Part shown: positions 1 to 14,809 of the stretch, in pieces | Layout: each line of letters opens with the position of its first letter | Position numbering within the stretch: position 1 is the stretch's first letter | Assembly: GCA_012295275.1 (NCBI GenBank) | Contig: CM022673.1 | Span: 2,108,001 to 2,172,000, forward strand | Direction: 5' to 3' | Length of the DNA stretch: 64,000 nt | Source of the DNA: Chrysomallon squamiferum | Taxonomy: Eukaryota; Animalia; Mollusca | Translations under genes and position numbers: made by a program | The notes under the pieces: generated by a model | Database searches by the model: none | Seen by the model: only the letters and a program-made list of their open reading frames with translations | What the model was told of the DNA's origin: nothing

Positions 1-1982
1 TTTTTATTATTATTATTATTAAACGAAAATTGTTACGGTCCGTTAGCCTTGTATTTTTCAAATTCGAAATAATTTATTATTAAACGAAAACAGTGTCAGT
101 TATGTCACGGTCCATTAACCTCGTCTCTTCTAATTAAGTGCACAGGTTACACAGTCAATTTGTTCAGCGTAATACCTGCAATTTTCAGTCGTGTCACGTA
201 ATGCCCTCGATTACCAGTCATTTCGCTGATTTACTGGAATTTTCTCAAATTTCATAAATGTTTTTCAGGGTTAAGATTAACATGCTATTCTAGTTATATA
301 CTTTATAACCTGTATGTTTTAGTCTGTATGGGAGTTTTTAGTTAAATAACATTAAAACCAAAAAAAAAAAAAAAAAATAATAATAATAATAATAATAATA
401 AAACCAACAAAATAAATAAATAAATAAATAATCAAAAATAAATAAATAAAACTTTTTAACTTGTAAATAAATTTCAAGTATATTATTGAACGATACGCAG
501 ATATAAATAACAGGACTAGAGATGAAATTATTTTTAATATAATTAAGAAAAGAAACAACTGAAATTTTAAGTATTATTACCATGAACTAAACGTTACTGG
601 TAACAAACACGTATATATGGGGTTTTTTTCTAAAATACCTGGAGTCTTGTAATGTAGATAGACAGAGAAACAGACAGATAGACGCACAGAAAGTCAGATC
701 TATCTATATATAAATATATGATGCACTGCATTTCTTTCTTTCAGTTTTAGAATGTATGTATTGTCCCATAGAATCTGATATTATTATTATGGATGTAAGA
801 GGCATCAACATCGTCAAGATTACAGAAACAGGTTTAATTTAAAATAACATCTCAATTACATGGACAAGTCCAGTGATGTCTGCTTATTGTTACAGTAACA
901 ACAGAAATATAGAGAGCGGTTTTTAATATTAGCTTAAGTATTGGGAAGCATTTATTTATTTACTACTATTACTATTGTTCTTGTTTTTTGTTGTTGTAGC
1001 TGATGCTCCAACAATAGTAGTAGTTGTTGTAATAATAATAATAATAATAACAACAACAACAACAACAGTAGTAATAATAATAATAATAAAAAAAAAAAAC
1101 AACAGACTAACAAAAGTAGCAAAATAATAATATTAATAATAAGAAGAAAAACAATAAAAATAACAAAAATATGAATAATAATAATGATAATAATTATTTT
1201 CATATTGCATATTTTAATTATTTTTGATATTGTTTTTATTATTACTGTTGTTACTGTCGTCGTTTTTTTTTTTTTTTTTTTCTTTTTTTTTTTATTATTA
1301 TTATAGATGGATGTCAGGCGCATTTTCAAGACTCTTATAAAGAAAAAAAATAAAGAAATATCTAATTTTACTAACAGATAAACAAATGTACAGCTGTCGT
1401 CTGCTTCTGTGAATGACGTCCAGTCGGGTAATCGATAGTCACCGAGTCCTCGTAACAGGTTTGCTTTACACAATGACGATATTCTTCGTATGACACGTGA
1501 CATATCTGATATATTAAACACTCACACGTTTAACTGAGGTTGAAGCCGACATGTGTCTTCAGTATATTTTCAACCCCCCCCCCCACCCTTTAATACGCAT
1601 GTTACTGATTCGCTGCAGACGATGGTGCTTGCCTCAGAGATAATCAAAAATACTCAGGAAGTGTAGATGTGGGTGGTAATCAAAATAGGTTAAAAGACCA
1701 CCTGTGAGCTGTGTTAGAACGTTGCAGTTCTGTGTGTCGCTATATTTTTGCCATTAAACGAATAAATTAATTTTTTTCGGATGGTGTGATTAAAAATTTA
1801 ATAATAATGAATATGTAAAATAAGTAAATTTTCGTCCTTACAGACATACGGCTTACTGTTTTGTGTTTTAAAATATGAATTATAAAATTAATAATTACGA
1901 AGACAAAGAAAAATAACAATAATAAAAAAGAGAGATAGACAGTGTAACCATTAAATATTTATAAATAATAAACGCATACACG

Positions 1983-1989
<7 letters not shown>

Positions 1990-2060
<71 letters not shown>

Positions 2061-2139
2061 ATTAAATATTTATACATAAAACAAATAATATATATTAGTG
2101 AAATTAAATTTTATAGCCGTAAAACCAACATTAAGAAAT

Positions 2140-2171
<32 letters not shown>

Positions 2172-2250
2172 CACACCAAACAAAACGACCAAGAGTGGAT
2201 CAACTATATATGAATTTTTTTTCATTAATAATAATAATAATAATATATCA

Positions 2251-2303
<53 letters not shown>
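1990..2303. repeat. Microsatellite cluster (GA)n, (AC)n, (ATT)n
   Basis: Direct inspection. Confidence 0.9.
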
Positions 2304-2304
<1 letters not shown>

Positions 2305-5207
2305 GCTTTACTGGCTAAATAAACATCTATTCATTTTAAACCATAAAGTTTATTTCATATCGATAGATAAATGATTATATTTAGCATTGCTTGGTGTGAA
2401 TATTATTCCTTTACGTTAATTATTTGCACTTATTCGCCCAACCATTTTTTGTTTTTAATTTGTTAATTTAAAATACCTGATTAGGTGCTGCTAATGATGT
2501 TAATATGATCTAATTAACGGTTTACCTGCCAGTTCTGTTTATTCAGGCATCGCATACAGAATGTTGTTAATTAAATATTATTAAAAAAATCATGAAGTTA
2601 CATACATAGACTTTTTAAAAGGTTAATAGACTTTATTCTTTAACTCGATCCCAGTTTGTGTCACAGATGTTATTTCGATTTTATTTTTATTTATTTATTT
2701 ATTATTATTATTTGATTATTATTGTTGTTGTTTATTTATACATTTAGTTTTAGTTTTTAAGTTATTTATTTATCCATTCACGAACGTCAGAAATACAAAA
2801 GTTGGTGTCCAGAAATAAACGACGAGAATTTAAGTGTCATAATCTTGGACTGTAAATGTTAAAAACCGTCACAATTAATTTCATTTGCTTATTTATTCGC
2901 TTACTTACTTATTTACTTACTTAAATACTAATACTATTATTAGAGAGTTCGCTAAACCCAGATGACGTTTCGCGAATTCCCTTGTTTTACTGATAACAGC
3001 TCATCATTTTCAGTTCAAATTGTACATAATGAGTTTTAATATTACTTACAGAAATTAGCAAAAGTGTTCGTTAAATATCATTAAAATATATTACTGTAAT
3101 TGTGCTACATTATTAATATTGTGTTTTAGATATATATAACAAATAAAACAGTGAGTTAATCGACACAAGCGTTTCCATTTTTTTTTTTTTTCTTTTATGT
3201 GTGTGTGTGTGTGCGGCCAGGTACCCGTTCACTTCAACAAACGATTATGTCTTCAGCCCATCCATAGAAATAAACTAATGAGCATTCATTTTGAACGAAA
3301 ATCCTGTCTGCATTATGGGATCATAGTGAAAACAACGTTAGAGCTATTTTTAGCCTGTAATCGCTCGAAGAAAGAAGAAAAAAACGAAATTTACCTGGAA
3401 TAAAATGTAATTAAATTGATATCACTATTCCTAATATGTAAATAAATATCTTCTGAACGAGTATATATTAGTTCTAGATCAAAATAATGTTGGGCTGAAG
3501 TAGTACTTGCAAAGTTTTTGAACCGATATACCGAAAACACGGCGAACAAATATTAAAATGATGGATTTTTCGTCTGCAGTAGTGAAAATAGATTGTATAA
3601 TTCAGAAGACGATTAATTGCCATTATGTAATCAGTAACGGTTTACAAATGCAAAATCTAATTTTGTTTAATGCTATTTATTTTATGTATAAATAATTTTT
3701 GATATTTAATAAAATTGTAATGGAATTTATGAAAATATTAACCCCCTTCAATGCGACAATGGAACGCTCCGTTGCTCTCTTTCAAAATGGTGGGCTAATT
3801 GTTTTACATATTTGTTAGGGGTGTTAGGTTGTTAGTTGCATTGTACTTGTAAGGGCTAGAAACAATTCATTCGTCCACTGGGTATACATTGTTACTTTTT
3901 TATTATTAATTGTTTCTTCAAAAATGAAATTCAGTAATTTTGAAATTTTGAGTGAACTCCCTACTACTACTACTACTACTACAACTACTACTACTACTTA
4001 TTAAAGCAAGCAAACAAACAAAAATAATAAATAAGTAAAATAATATAATTACGTCATTTTGACTCACGTTTACATGGATATTATTTAAAGCGTTACGTCA
4101 TAATATATTAAACGTCACTACATTGAACGTCTCAAATATCAGTTCCGCAGAAAATAATTTTATAACAACAACAACAATAACAATAATCATTGTCTTCATT
4201 ATCATTACAATTTAATTAATTAAAGAAAATAGAAAGGTAAAATACTGAAACATAACTATGAACAAAACTATTTTATAAATAAATAATTATAGTTGACATC
4301 TTTCTTAATTTAATAACTGTCACGTGCTAAGTACTTCCAATCATGAGACCAACGCTTGAATGTAAAGGGAAATAACTCGTGTGATAACATTAGATAAAAA
4401 GACGCTTGAGTTATTAATTTTGTTCGCACTGCATAATTATTAATTAGTACAACATTCAAGAAATTTAAAACAACAACAACAACAACAACAACAAAACAAC
4501 CTGGATTTTGACTAATAATAAATATAAAACTAATAATAATAAAACTAATAATAATAACAGTAATAATAAGGTTAAGTAGAAAAGAAGAAAGATTTAAAAG
4601 AAGAAGAAGATGATGAAGATAACTGTAATAATAATCATGTTCATGACAATGATCCTGAGGACGTGGAATGTTTTAGCTGAGTTATTGTTAAATTATATTC
4701 ATAGTGAATTAATGGAATTTTATATATTAAGGTCGGTGACAGAAAATTAAGACCGCGTCCGTAATTTTATCTGAAAATTGCTGACAAATCTATTTTACGA
4801 GCCAAACTCTCCTATTTTTTTTGCCGAAGATATTTCTATTCATTAGGTTTTCTTACACTGTTTCTTTATTATTTCACTGCACTCTATTTTTGAAAGAAAT
4901 AAGTTAATTAAATAAAGTGTGGCAGCTGTTTCTTTTCAGCTACAGTTACCACCAATATCATCACAACAACCACTACTGAACTGTTACTGCAAACCATGCA
5001 ACCATCTACTTCTACGGATCCTGTTACTACCGTTGTTTCTGCAATAAACAGTAATAATAAGAATAAGACTAATACAGTCAAATACAACAACAACTATTAC
5101 ATCTTACCTTTTTAGAATTTCCTTCCAGTGTTCTGTCGACAGTTTAATTATGCAAAACTGGCACGCAGATAAAATATTTCGTCTTTTTATTGTGTTTTGC
5201 GTTTCGT

Positions 5208-5308
5208 GGGAATTTCCAAGAACGACGTAGTCACGTGGATTTTACACTAAGAGCAGCCTCACTTCACATGCTGCTGATTCGTACATCGCGTTTTCCGGGA
5301 ATGACTCA
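5208..5308. promoter_or_regulatory. Clustered NF-kB (GGGAATTTCC), E-box (GTCACGTG), STAT/GAS (TTCCGGGAA) and AP-1 (TGACTCA) sites
   Basis: Four consensus motifs within 101 bp in a CpG-rich region: 5208-5217, 5229-5236, 5293-5301, 5302-5308. Confidence 0.5.
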
Positions 5309-6197
5309 GAAAACAGCATAAATTTAATAAGCATGAACTGTAGCCGTTCAAAATGTTTATTAATTAATGTGATCGAATGATAATGTGAAATACGAAAACG
5401 ACTTATTTAATACCCCCACCATACTTTACACTGCTGCTCACTTTATCCTGGAAAAAAAAAAAAAAAAAAAAAAAAAGCCAATGTCGTTATTATGAAAGTA
5501 TCGTTTTTGGACTGGGAATTTGAAAACACGTGTTTTTCTGAGAAATGGACGCGTAAGCGGAATTACCGACTACTGCATCATATGATGCTGCTGCTGCTGT
5601 TGCAACCACGCGAGGAATAAAAATAATGATCGTTGCGCCAGCTCACAGACGAAAATTAATTTCGACGTTAGTGCGTAAAATAGTGAGTAATGGGAATTTT
5701 ACAAATTTTGATATTCATTAATGCAGCATGATTAACATTTTAACTAGCTGAAGAGGTGTATATAGAACAGTCGTTTCAGTCAGATACGACAGACCCACAT
5801 GGTGTCGTATTGTTTCCCGTTCCGACCAGAATTGGAGGAACGTCGTCGCTTCGATTAACTTAAATGTATTACAGAGTTCCAGGATCTATCCTCGTTCAGT
5901 GAATTTCTGATCTATCACTTCCCGTCTTTTCTTAATGACTAACGCTTAAAAATAAAAAAAATAAAAAATAAAAAAATAATAATAATGATTGAATCATTTT
6001 TGTTTGTTTATTTGTTTTTTTATTATTAGTAGTAGTAGTAGTTAATAGTGGTGGTGGTAGTAGTAGTAGTACTTAATTTATTTATTTATTTATTTTACTT
6101 AATAAAGTAACACGGTAAATGTCCATTTTTTAATCCCAAAATAATTAAATTAGATTATAAACAAGAATGACAAACACAACAGAATTTTTAAAAATAA

Positions 6198-6203
6198 TTT
6201 ATT
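6198..6203 (-). terminator. Candidate polyadenylation signal AATAAA of the KIAA1549-like gene (about 3.3-kb 3' UTR)
   Basis: TTTATT on + coincides with the boundary of the CpG-depleted domain; many other AATAAA hexamers exist, so the position is tentative. Confidence 0.35.
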
Positions 6204-6298
6204 TACAATACAGTTAAATGTTAATAATAGAAATCACAGCTTTGTTTATAATTTATTTGGTCATGACTAGTTATGTGATATGTACATATTTTGATATG

Positions 6299-6344
<46 letters not shown>

Positions 6345-7478
6345 GAAAAACATTTGGTCTTGAAACATGTACAGCATAAAAAAAAACAATTAAAAAGTAA
6401 ATTTATAGAATATTTTAAAATGTTGATATCTAAAAACTGGATTTCAAAAAATTGTTTAAAACTAATATAAAATTATGACATAAATTTCCATCCTTCAAGG
6501 AATTAAAAGATTCTGAAAGTCTTTTGTTTAAGAATGTGCTGAAATACTATTAACATATGGATATTTAGAAACCTATTTATAAAGATTTACTTTATTTTTT
6601 AATATAATTTTCAGTTTATTCTGTCAAATATTTTAAATAACCAAAATGATGTTGTACATTGTATTAACTCCCAACATTATATTAAGAATTCATTAAACTA
6701 TAACAGCAGAATTAAAATTTTTATTAAAAAAAATAATATATCTATCTTAATATATATATACATATATATATATATATATTCTTTTTTTTTTTTTTTGAGA
6801 CAAATTTGCTACCACTGGCCATTAATATTTCAAGTTTAAACATTTTATGTATAAAAACAAAATTACATCCAGAGATCTTTGATATACATATATATACACA
6901 CACAAAATAATGTATAATTTAAAATGTATTTCATAAATATAAAATTAGTCATATGAAAATAATCAAGTACATTTGCATCACAATAAAATATTTAAAAACA
7001 TTTAAATTGTATCAGTGGCTATTTATAAAAGCTGATATATAAACATGTTGTTTGAAACATAATAATAAATACATATCACCAAAATCTAAAAATAACATGT
7101 CACTGGTCATGAAATAAAACAGATATATGACAAATGTAAATATATTTCTGAGAACATTAGGTAATAAATGGTAAAGTCATGGTATTACTGACATGAAATA
7201 TCTTGAAAATTAATTTTTTGAAATAAACATCAGATCCTCAACCCACCAGTACAATAACAACCTATAATAAACATGGCTTGAATGAGGTAAGTTAGTGGCT
7301 GTAAAATTTAATAGCACAGGTAATGTGCTTTATCATGTATTAGAATTGCTTGGGAATAATTAACTGATTGTAAACATTGAATTTTTTTGGCAGATGTAAC
7401 AAAGGGAAATGTGAAATATTGAAAATGAATTTCTTGAAATAATTATTAAGGCAGGAGGGATGTTTGACCAGTAAGCAA

Positions 7479-7692
7479 TAAACCTATCAGTCTTGATTAA
7501 CTAGTACACTACTAAACCTATGAGTCTTGATTAACCAGTACACTACTAAACCTGTCAAGCTTGATTAACTAGTACACTTATAAACCTATGAGTCTTGATT
7601 AACCAGTACACTACTTTCAAAAATAGTACACTTATAAACGTATGAGTCTTGATTAACCAGTACACTTATAAACCTGTCAAGCTTGATCAACA
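7479..7692. repeat. 34-bp minisatellite, about 6 copies, in the putative 3' UTR
   Basis: Unit taaacctatgagtcttgattaaccagtacactac starting at 7479, 7513, 7547, 7581. Confidence 0.9.
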
Positions 7693-9480
7693 GGTGGTCA
7701 GTGATTTAAAAATTTACTAGTTATTGTTACAAGTGAAATGCATTATCTCAGTTGCTGTTAGTATATTCCTGCAACAAATGAAACAAGACAACTTTAAATA
7801 CTGAATGAGACCATTACTAGCACTGTGCAGTAAAACCTGTACCATGTATTGTTATACAGGATGACGTTTACACACAGATTTCTCATGAGACCAAATGATA
7901 ATCATTCAATGCAGACAGCCACCATCTTTAAAAATATAACCAGTTAACAGATCAGTATATGATGATTATAAACAAACCTGATTATAAAAGATTTTTTTTT
8001 AATGTAGTATATATAATTAGTTAAAACATATATGTAATAAATCAAAATAACGGAAACAATAGAACAAACAGTTATAAAATATTTCTACTATATCCTTGAA
8101 AAAAAAAAACAGAAATAAAATTGTCTAATCAGAATATGTATTCACTATGAATATATTTATGGGAAATAATAATGATTATTATTTTGCACAACCTTAAGTA
8201 TTTGTGTCATTTTTAAATATATATAACAAATAATACAAAATAAACCCAAATAAATAACAAAAATGTTAAACAGAATATTAAGAAAAATTTACAAAATTCA
8301 ATGGAAACATATGTACAATATTAATAGGCACATTAGAAATATTATATTTACTTAAATCACCTATTTCTGTTTATTTGTCTTAGGCTTTCCTTCTTTTTTC
8401 ACCAAAAATTTAACTTTAAAACTGAAGAAAAGGTTTGATTATTTTATAAAATTTCAATCAAGATTGCGTAAACTATGTTAGCACTACAACTTTGAACATC
8501 AAGTAAAAACCATTCAAAATTGGAAACATTATCAGCACCTTCATCTTTAAATCAGTTCCATCACAGTTAAAAAAATATCCTTGTGTGTTTTCAGAAATCA
8601 AATATGCATCAACTAAAAAATACAACAAATTAAAAAGAAGGATCCCGCCCCAGTATAATAATTATTCATTCATGTGTTTTGCAGGTTATAACAAATGAAT
8701 TGATCATTTTGTATATCATCAGTGTCTATCAACAACAGTGATAATGGTGATGATGACAATATGATAATGGTGATGATGATGATGACAATGATAATAAGGC
8801 TATCACAATTCCAATACCAAAAAATTATAGTTTAATAGGACTATTTAATATTTTGAAAATTTGTTTATATGACATAATTTTTTTTTTTTATTCTGTTTTC
8901 ATTATTCAAGAGATATCATAATTAAAATGATCAATTAAAAGCTTATCTAAAATGGTACAGTAAAGCTAAAAGCATTTTGTATATCTGTAGTGTATGTCAA
9001 TAATATAATATCCATCAGAATATGACACAGTCATTCTCCGTAAATAAATATGTGTGTATGTGTATGTATGTTTATATTTGGTCATATCAAAAACAGGGAA
9101 AATGACAGCTTATTTGAATCATCTCAGTCTGTATATTACCGTATATTAACAGTCATAATGAAATATATAAAACGAAGTTAACTTGTTTATTCCTACCATC
9201 ACAGATTTAACACTTTAAAAGAAAGGTCCTTGAATTGATATCTGTTTTCACTTAATTCATTAAATATTCCCTGAACCATCAAGCACACATAAATAGTAAA
9301 TCAACATCAATCTCTTTTCTCTTCACTAATGACAGATTCAGTATATATATTTTAATTCATGTAGGAAAATACTTTTTTTTTTTTAAATATCTAACTGAAC
9401 ATGTGGAACCATTCACTGCTGCCTTTAATCAAAAAAGTTCTGACTGTTCTTGCTGAAGACTTTGGCTTGTTTCAGCTGAA

Positions 9481-10008
9481 TCACACATTCACATTGGAAT
9501 CATACACATGCATCTTTCCTGAAAGATGTTCAAGTTCTTCTCTCAGTGAGCGTATCAGTGGAGTTGGATCCTTGCCTGTCTTCAGACACTCTGTGATGAT
9601 GTCGATCTCATCATCCTGACCCAGGTCCTTTCTAGGAGGCCGGTGTGGTTCAACAACTGTGCCATTAGAAGGACTCCTGGCTACTCCATCATCTCTTTGA
9701 GGTGACAGAGATTTCAGGGGAATATCCTCGAACTGTTCAATCCCGGGATAAACAGTTGCATTACCATTAGATAATGCAGGGAGTTTTATGGATGAACCAA
9801 TGCCATTATACTGTGTGTTCTGAGAACGTGGGGTTCTGACCTTTGGAGTTGGGTCAGGGTCATGGTCACGGTCAAGGTCAGCAGTCTTGATGAAAATTGG
9901 CTCAGCTGGTTCTGTGGTGTAGTAGTTGTCTCTAAGACTTGTGGGATATGATTCTGTAAACGTTGTGGTTGCTAAGGGTTGCTGGACTGGGCCTGGCCCA
10001 ATGTCAGT
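9481..10008 (-). CDS. KIAA1549: KIAA1549-like last exon 16
   Basis: tttcag|ACT, 528 nt to TGA; [14 protein letters not shown] family-like C-terminal motif; ends DSNVNV*. Confidence 0.85.
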   Translation of the reverse strand, partial: TDIGPGPVQQPLATTTFTESYPTSLRDNYYTTEPAEPIFIKTADLDRDHDPDPTPKVRTPRSQNTQYNGIGSSIKLPALSNGNATVYPGIEQFEDIPLKSLSPQRDDGVARSPSNGTVVEPHRPPRKDLGQDDEIDIITECLKTGKDPTPLIRSLREELEHLSGKMHVYDSNVNV

Positions 10009-12852
10009 CTGAAATTTTAAAGAAAAGTTTAAATTGTGCTGAAAAATGAGATTAATATCTTGATAATCCATACATGTAGAAAATACATTCCTTTATTATT
10101 ATTATTATGTATTTTATGAAATGCATGTACATGTCTAATATATGTGTGTGTGTGTGCATGTGTGTTACATGACAAAAGTAATTAAGAACATCTTGACATC
10201 AGTTACAAAAGAATTCAGAGTAAATGATTACAAATACTGAAAGTATTCTCCAGCATTCGTGGTTACAATTGTCTGTTAAAGATAAAGTATAGTGTATTTA
10301 ATGAAATACAGTAAAAGAATCAAACCTTTTTTGTAGGTAGGGAAATAAGTGCCACTTCATCTGAAGCTCTGTATGGACTCCAGGCTTCTAACACTGGAAT
10401 TGTCGACTTGGCTGACTTGGAATTCAAGAACATTGGAGTGTGTTTCTTTTCTGTATACCAATAAGTAAAATTTAAAAATATGTTTTGCTATATTTACACT
10501 TGAATTAGTATATAATATTACCCAGAAAAGTGACATTTTGATAATCATATATGTCTGTATAAATCAATAATAATAAATATGTTATGAGTCACAGGTGTAT
10601 ATATATATCCTTTCAATATTAAATAACTATTTTTTTTATTTTCTCACTTTTATATAAGATATTATGGTCTATATCATCCCATTCAACTGTGATTATTTGA
10701 CTGCAGGATCATAAAAGCATTAAAATTGTACAGAGACCTAAATTCAGATACATTAATAAAATTTAAATGTATTTTTAGTTTCATTAATGTATAAACAAAA
10801 GTAAATTTTCATGGTATAGATGTGGAAGGTGAAACAATAATTCGTTTTATAATCCAGTTATCTCTTAACCAGATCAAAAGTTTTAGAAATTACCTTCAAT
10901 TTTTGGTTCACTTTCAGGTTTCTCTGTTCTGAAAACCAAAAGTAAATAAATGAAAACTCTATAAGATGCAATGTATGATGGTTAAAATAACCAGAAGATC
11001 TGCATAGCAAAAAGTTGTGAATAAAAACATGTCTAAGGTATTTAGGCTCAAAGATTTTCCAATATGGCTGCAAATAAAATGTTCTCACAAGGGCACTTGT
11101 TAGTCCATTATTTGAACAAATAAAGAAACGAAATTAAAAAATATATACTAGTATATATAATGTCAAGAATAGAAACAATGTATTGATTCATATGAGAAAT
11201 AATTAAATAAATATAAATATATGTACATAAATTTCTTCAAAAATGTAAAAATATCATTTATTCCACACTAATCATTAATTAGCATATTATAAACACGACA
11301 TGTCAATCATACCTAAGTCCCTCCTCCATTTCTACTTCTTTAGATCGTTTTGCTCGTCTCTTCTGCTGACTTTTTCTTGGACCTGAAGATGGAGACACTC
11401 TGTTTCTGTAAATAAATGTTTTATTTCTTTATTGATAAACTGAATTTCTGAGTGAAAACAAATAACTTCATTTTATCACATTATTATAACAGGTTACAAA
11501 ATTAATATTAATATTAAACACAAAGACCTAAAATAAATAACATCAGTTTAATAACCAGTTAGATATATTAATAGTACTAGCAGTATATATAATAATAATA
11601 ATAATAATAACAACAACCTTTCTTGTAAAGAAAATGGAAAACAAACACACAGTGTCAAGCTAATATATTTGATAAAAATATAAATGATAAAAATATTGCA
11701 GTTTTGTGAAAATGTTTTTACTTTCATGTAATTATGAAGGTAGTGTTATAATTAAGAAGCTTTTTAATTTCAGAAATATGTTAATAAAATTAATCATCTA
11801 AATCATCTAAACCATGTCAGGTCCATAATACAAAAAAAATTAAAAAAAACAAAACAAAAACATAAAACCCAAAGAAACCAAAACAAAGCAAAAACAAAAT
11901 GAAACATAATTTCATGTTCTAACATCTTTTAATAAAATGTGTGAAACAGACATGTGATAAAATGTAAATTTCTGTGAATATTAGACTTAAAAAATCTTGA
12001 CATATTAACATAATTTAAATTTGAAATTAATGTTTTATGTTCATAATGTTTTTGGGACTATAATTATATTAAGATAGTACTTTAACTGCATTCTGAAAAA
12101 AAAAAAAAAAAAAACAAAACAACCCCCCACCCCAAATAAAAAAACAACATTATAAATGCTGGTAAACAAAGTGAAAAAGATTTCAAATATTATTTTAAAA
12201 ATTTCCAAAGGACATTAAGGGGTGAATAAAAGAAGCAATTTTTATACTGACTCAAATCATTATCTCCGATTCCAAATACTGACCTCAAAAAGCAGGTCAC
12301 TAAATGAGAACTGTGTGATCACATCAGTGATTAAGTTATTAATTATCAGTTGATTTACAACAACTGAATTACAAGTTTACTAATTATAACCTGGTAAACA
12401 TATAACATGTTACAGTGTCTATAAACTTTGGTGTGAACATTTATAATGTGTCAGGGGAAAAAGAAAAAAAAATTATATGGTGACAAATTGTAAAGAATTG
12501 TGTGGGACATTTGTGTTAAAAATTTAATTAGTGATATTTTTCGTTGATTCTTTTTTAAACAGTACTACTGAAAGACATGCAATTTTCCCATACAAAAATA
12601 AAGAAAATAATCTTGTTATCACCTTTTTTCTTCAGATAAATCAGAACTAATAAAAATAAATAGCATAAATTTGAAAATGTCTTCCTTCCATTTAATATTA
12701 ATAACATTTTTATCATTATATGAGTAAACATTATTAAAAGCAAAATAGTTATGTACAAAATATATTAGAAACACAGAAGCATAACAGACACAATTAAGAA
12801 TTAACACATTATCTTTCTTTTTCCTGGCCAATACTCAAAACATTTTCATCCT

Positions 12853-12912
<60 letters not shown>

Positions 12913-14773
12913 GAAAGAGAGAGAGAGAGATATGTACACTATCACATATTCATATACACAAAATAAAATGCAAGCAAACACACATCTTTGTTCAATCTAT
13001 AGAAAATTTACATTTCTAGACTTCACTAACACTTGATACCTCTCTACTTTTCACAACATATCATAAACAACACATGACACATATTCTATATACACATAAT
13101 ATATGCAAACAAACATAGACTCTTGTTCACTCCACGGAAAATTTATAAGACCAACAAAAATACTTCAGTGTCTGTATATTTCATTAACACTGAATCTCTC
13201 TCTGTTCTTCACAACATATCATATGTGACAAACAAACGGACAAAATGCCTGAAATTTGATTTGATCTAAAACTCACCTAAAACTGGACTGACTGGAAGAG
13301 ATGAGAGAGAAAGCATCATCAAGAAGCTGATGCATCTTCTTCCTGGCTTCTTCTAAAGACTCTGTGGACTGAGTCGAGTCTTCGGAGTCGTTTTCAAAAC
13401 CATTGTTCTGAAATTTGGAAATTCAAAAATTACATAAATTAATGTGGTAATAAAAAATTAAATTAAATTAAAAACATAGAAAGACATTTTATCACATTTA
13501 ATTAAAACTGAAGAAGTACAAAAAAATAAGAATAATAAATTTTAAGAAATATATCATTTTGAAATCTGAAGAATAAAAAAAAAGACACTTCTTTATTTAT
13601 ATCATAATTTTATCATTTAATAGTATTTGTTTTGATTTTATATTACTGTTGTTGTTTGTAATTATTACTTTTATTATAATCATCATAATCATCATCATTT
13701 TTATCATTATTATTACTTCTTTTGTTGATATTATTGAGGTGGATCATGTCAAAATTTGCTTACCATTTGTCCTTCCTTGGTTTTATTCTTTCTACGTGTA
13801 TTTCTGAAAGAGAAGTGGACATTTATTATTAACAAAGCTATATTTACTTCACAGACAGTATCAGTTCCTCTGATACTGAACTAACAGCAGGTCTAAATAT
13901 GGTGTTTATTAACAGGGTTTTTCCCTTTCTGGAAAATATTAGAAAATTAACTTATTAGTCAATCTAGCTTAAACATTTTATAATAGATAGATAGATAGAT
14001 AGACAGATAGATAGACAGACTGATAGACAGATAAATAGATTGATAGATGGATGGATGGATGAATGGATAGATAGATATATAGATATATAGATAGATATAT
14101 AGATAGCTAGATAGATATATAGATATATATATAGATAAGATAAATAGATAGATAGATATGATGAAAAGATGTCTTCAAAAGATCAATCATCAGAAAAATA
14201 CAGAGTGTTAAACTTATTAACTGCTGGTTTAAAGATATTGTAAATAATATTCAGCAGAAATCAAAGTATTTCTAAACAGATGTTTCAATATAATATATCA
14301 GAACATAAACAAAAATAAAAACTGTTGTTATCTTACTTTCTTTTATTTTTCTGCACCTCAGGCAGATCTGCTGTAGATTCCTGAGTACCTAGCACTCTGT
14401 CAATCTCTTTTTGTGAGTCCTCGGGTTTCATCTTGGTAGGACTTGTTCCTACAAATGAATCAATTTCAAAATTACTCATTCCAAAACCAAAATCTTTCTT
14501 TATAACCACATTCCACGAAAGATATGACTGCATAAACAAAAATCCAGAAAAATATGTGCAGAATGAGAGAATATATATGAGTGATGATAATATAAAAAAA
14601 AATGATAATTAAAAAATCAAAGACCACACTAAAGTGCATAAATGATGTCTTTTTGATGATGGAAAACATGAAAACATCAGAATAAAAAAAAAAAAACATC
14701 TGACATCCACCAGCAGATAATATATTAATATATTTAACCTGTGTACTTTAAAAATCTGTTAAATAAAACAATA

Positions 14774-14809
<36 letters not shown>

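Noticed and set aside
952-1521. 189-aa minus-strand ORF
   Set aside because: Mostly homopolymer and trinucleotide-repeat translation, non-ATG start, no recognisable domain
7479-7692. CRISPR-like 34-bp repeats
   Set aside because: No spacers; ordinary minisatellite
10357-10548. 63-aa ORF as a terminal exon
   Set aside because: Wrong frame; the 35-nt exon at 10894-10928 puts this exon in the frame that continues to the last exon
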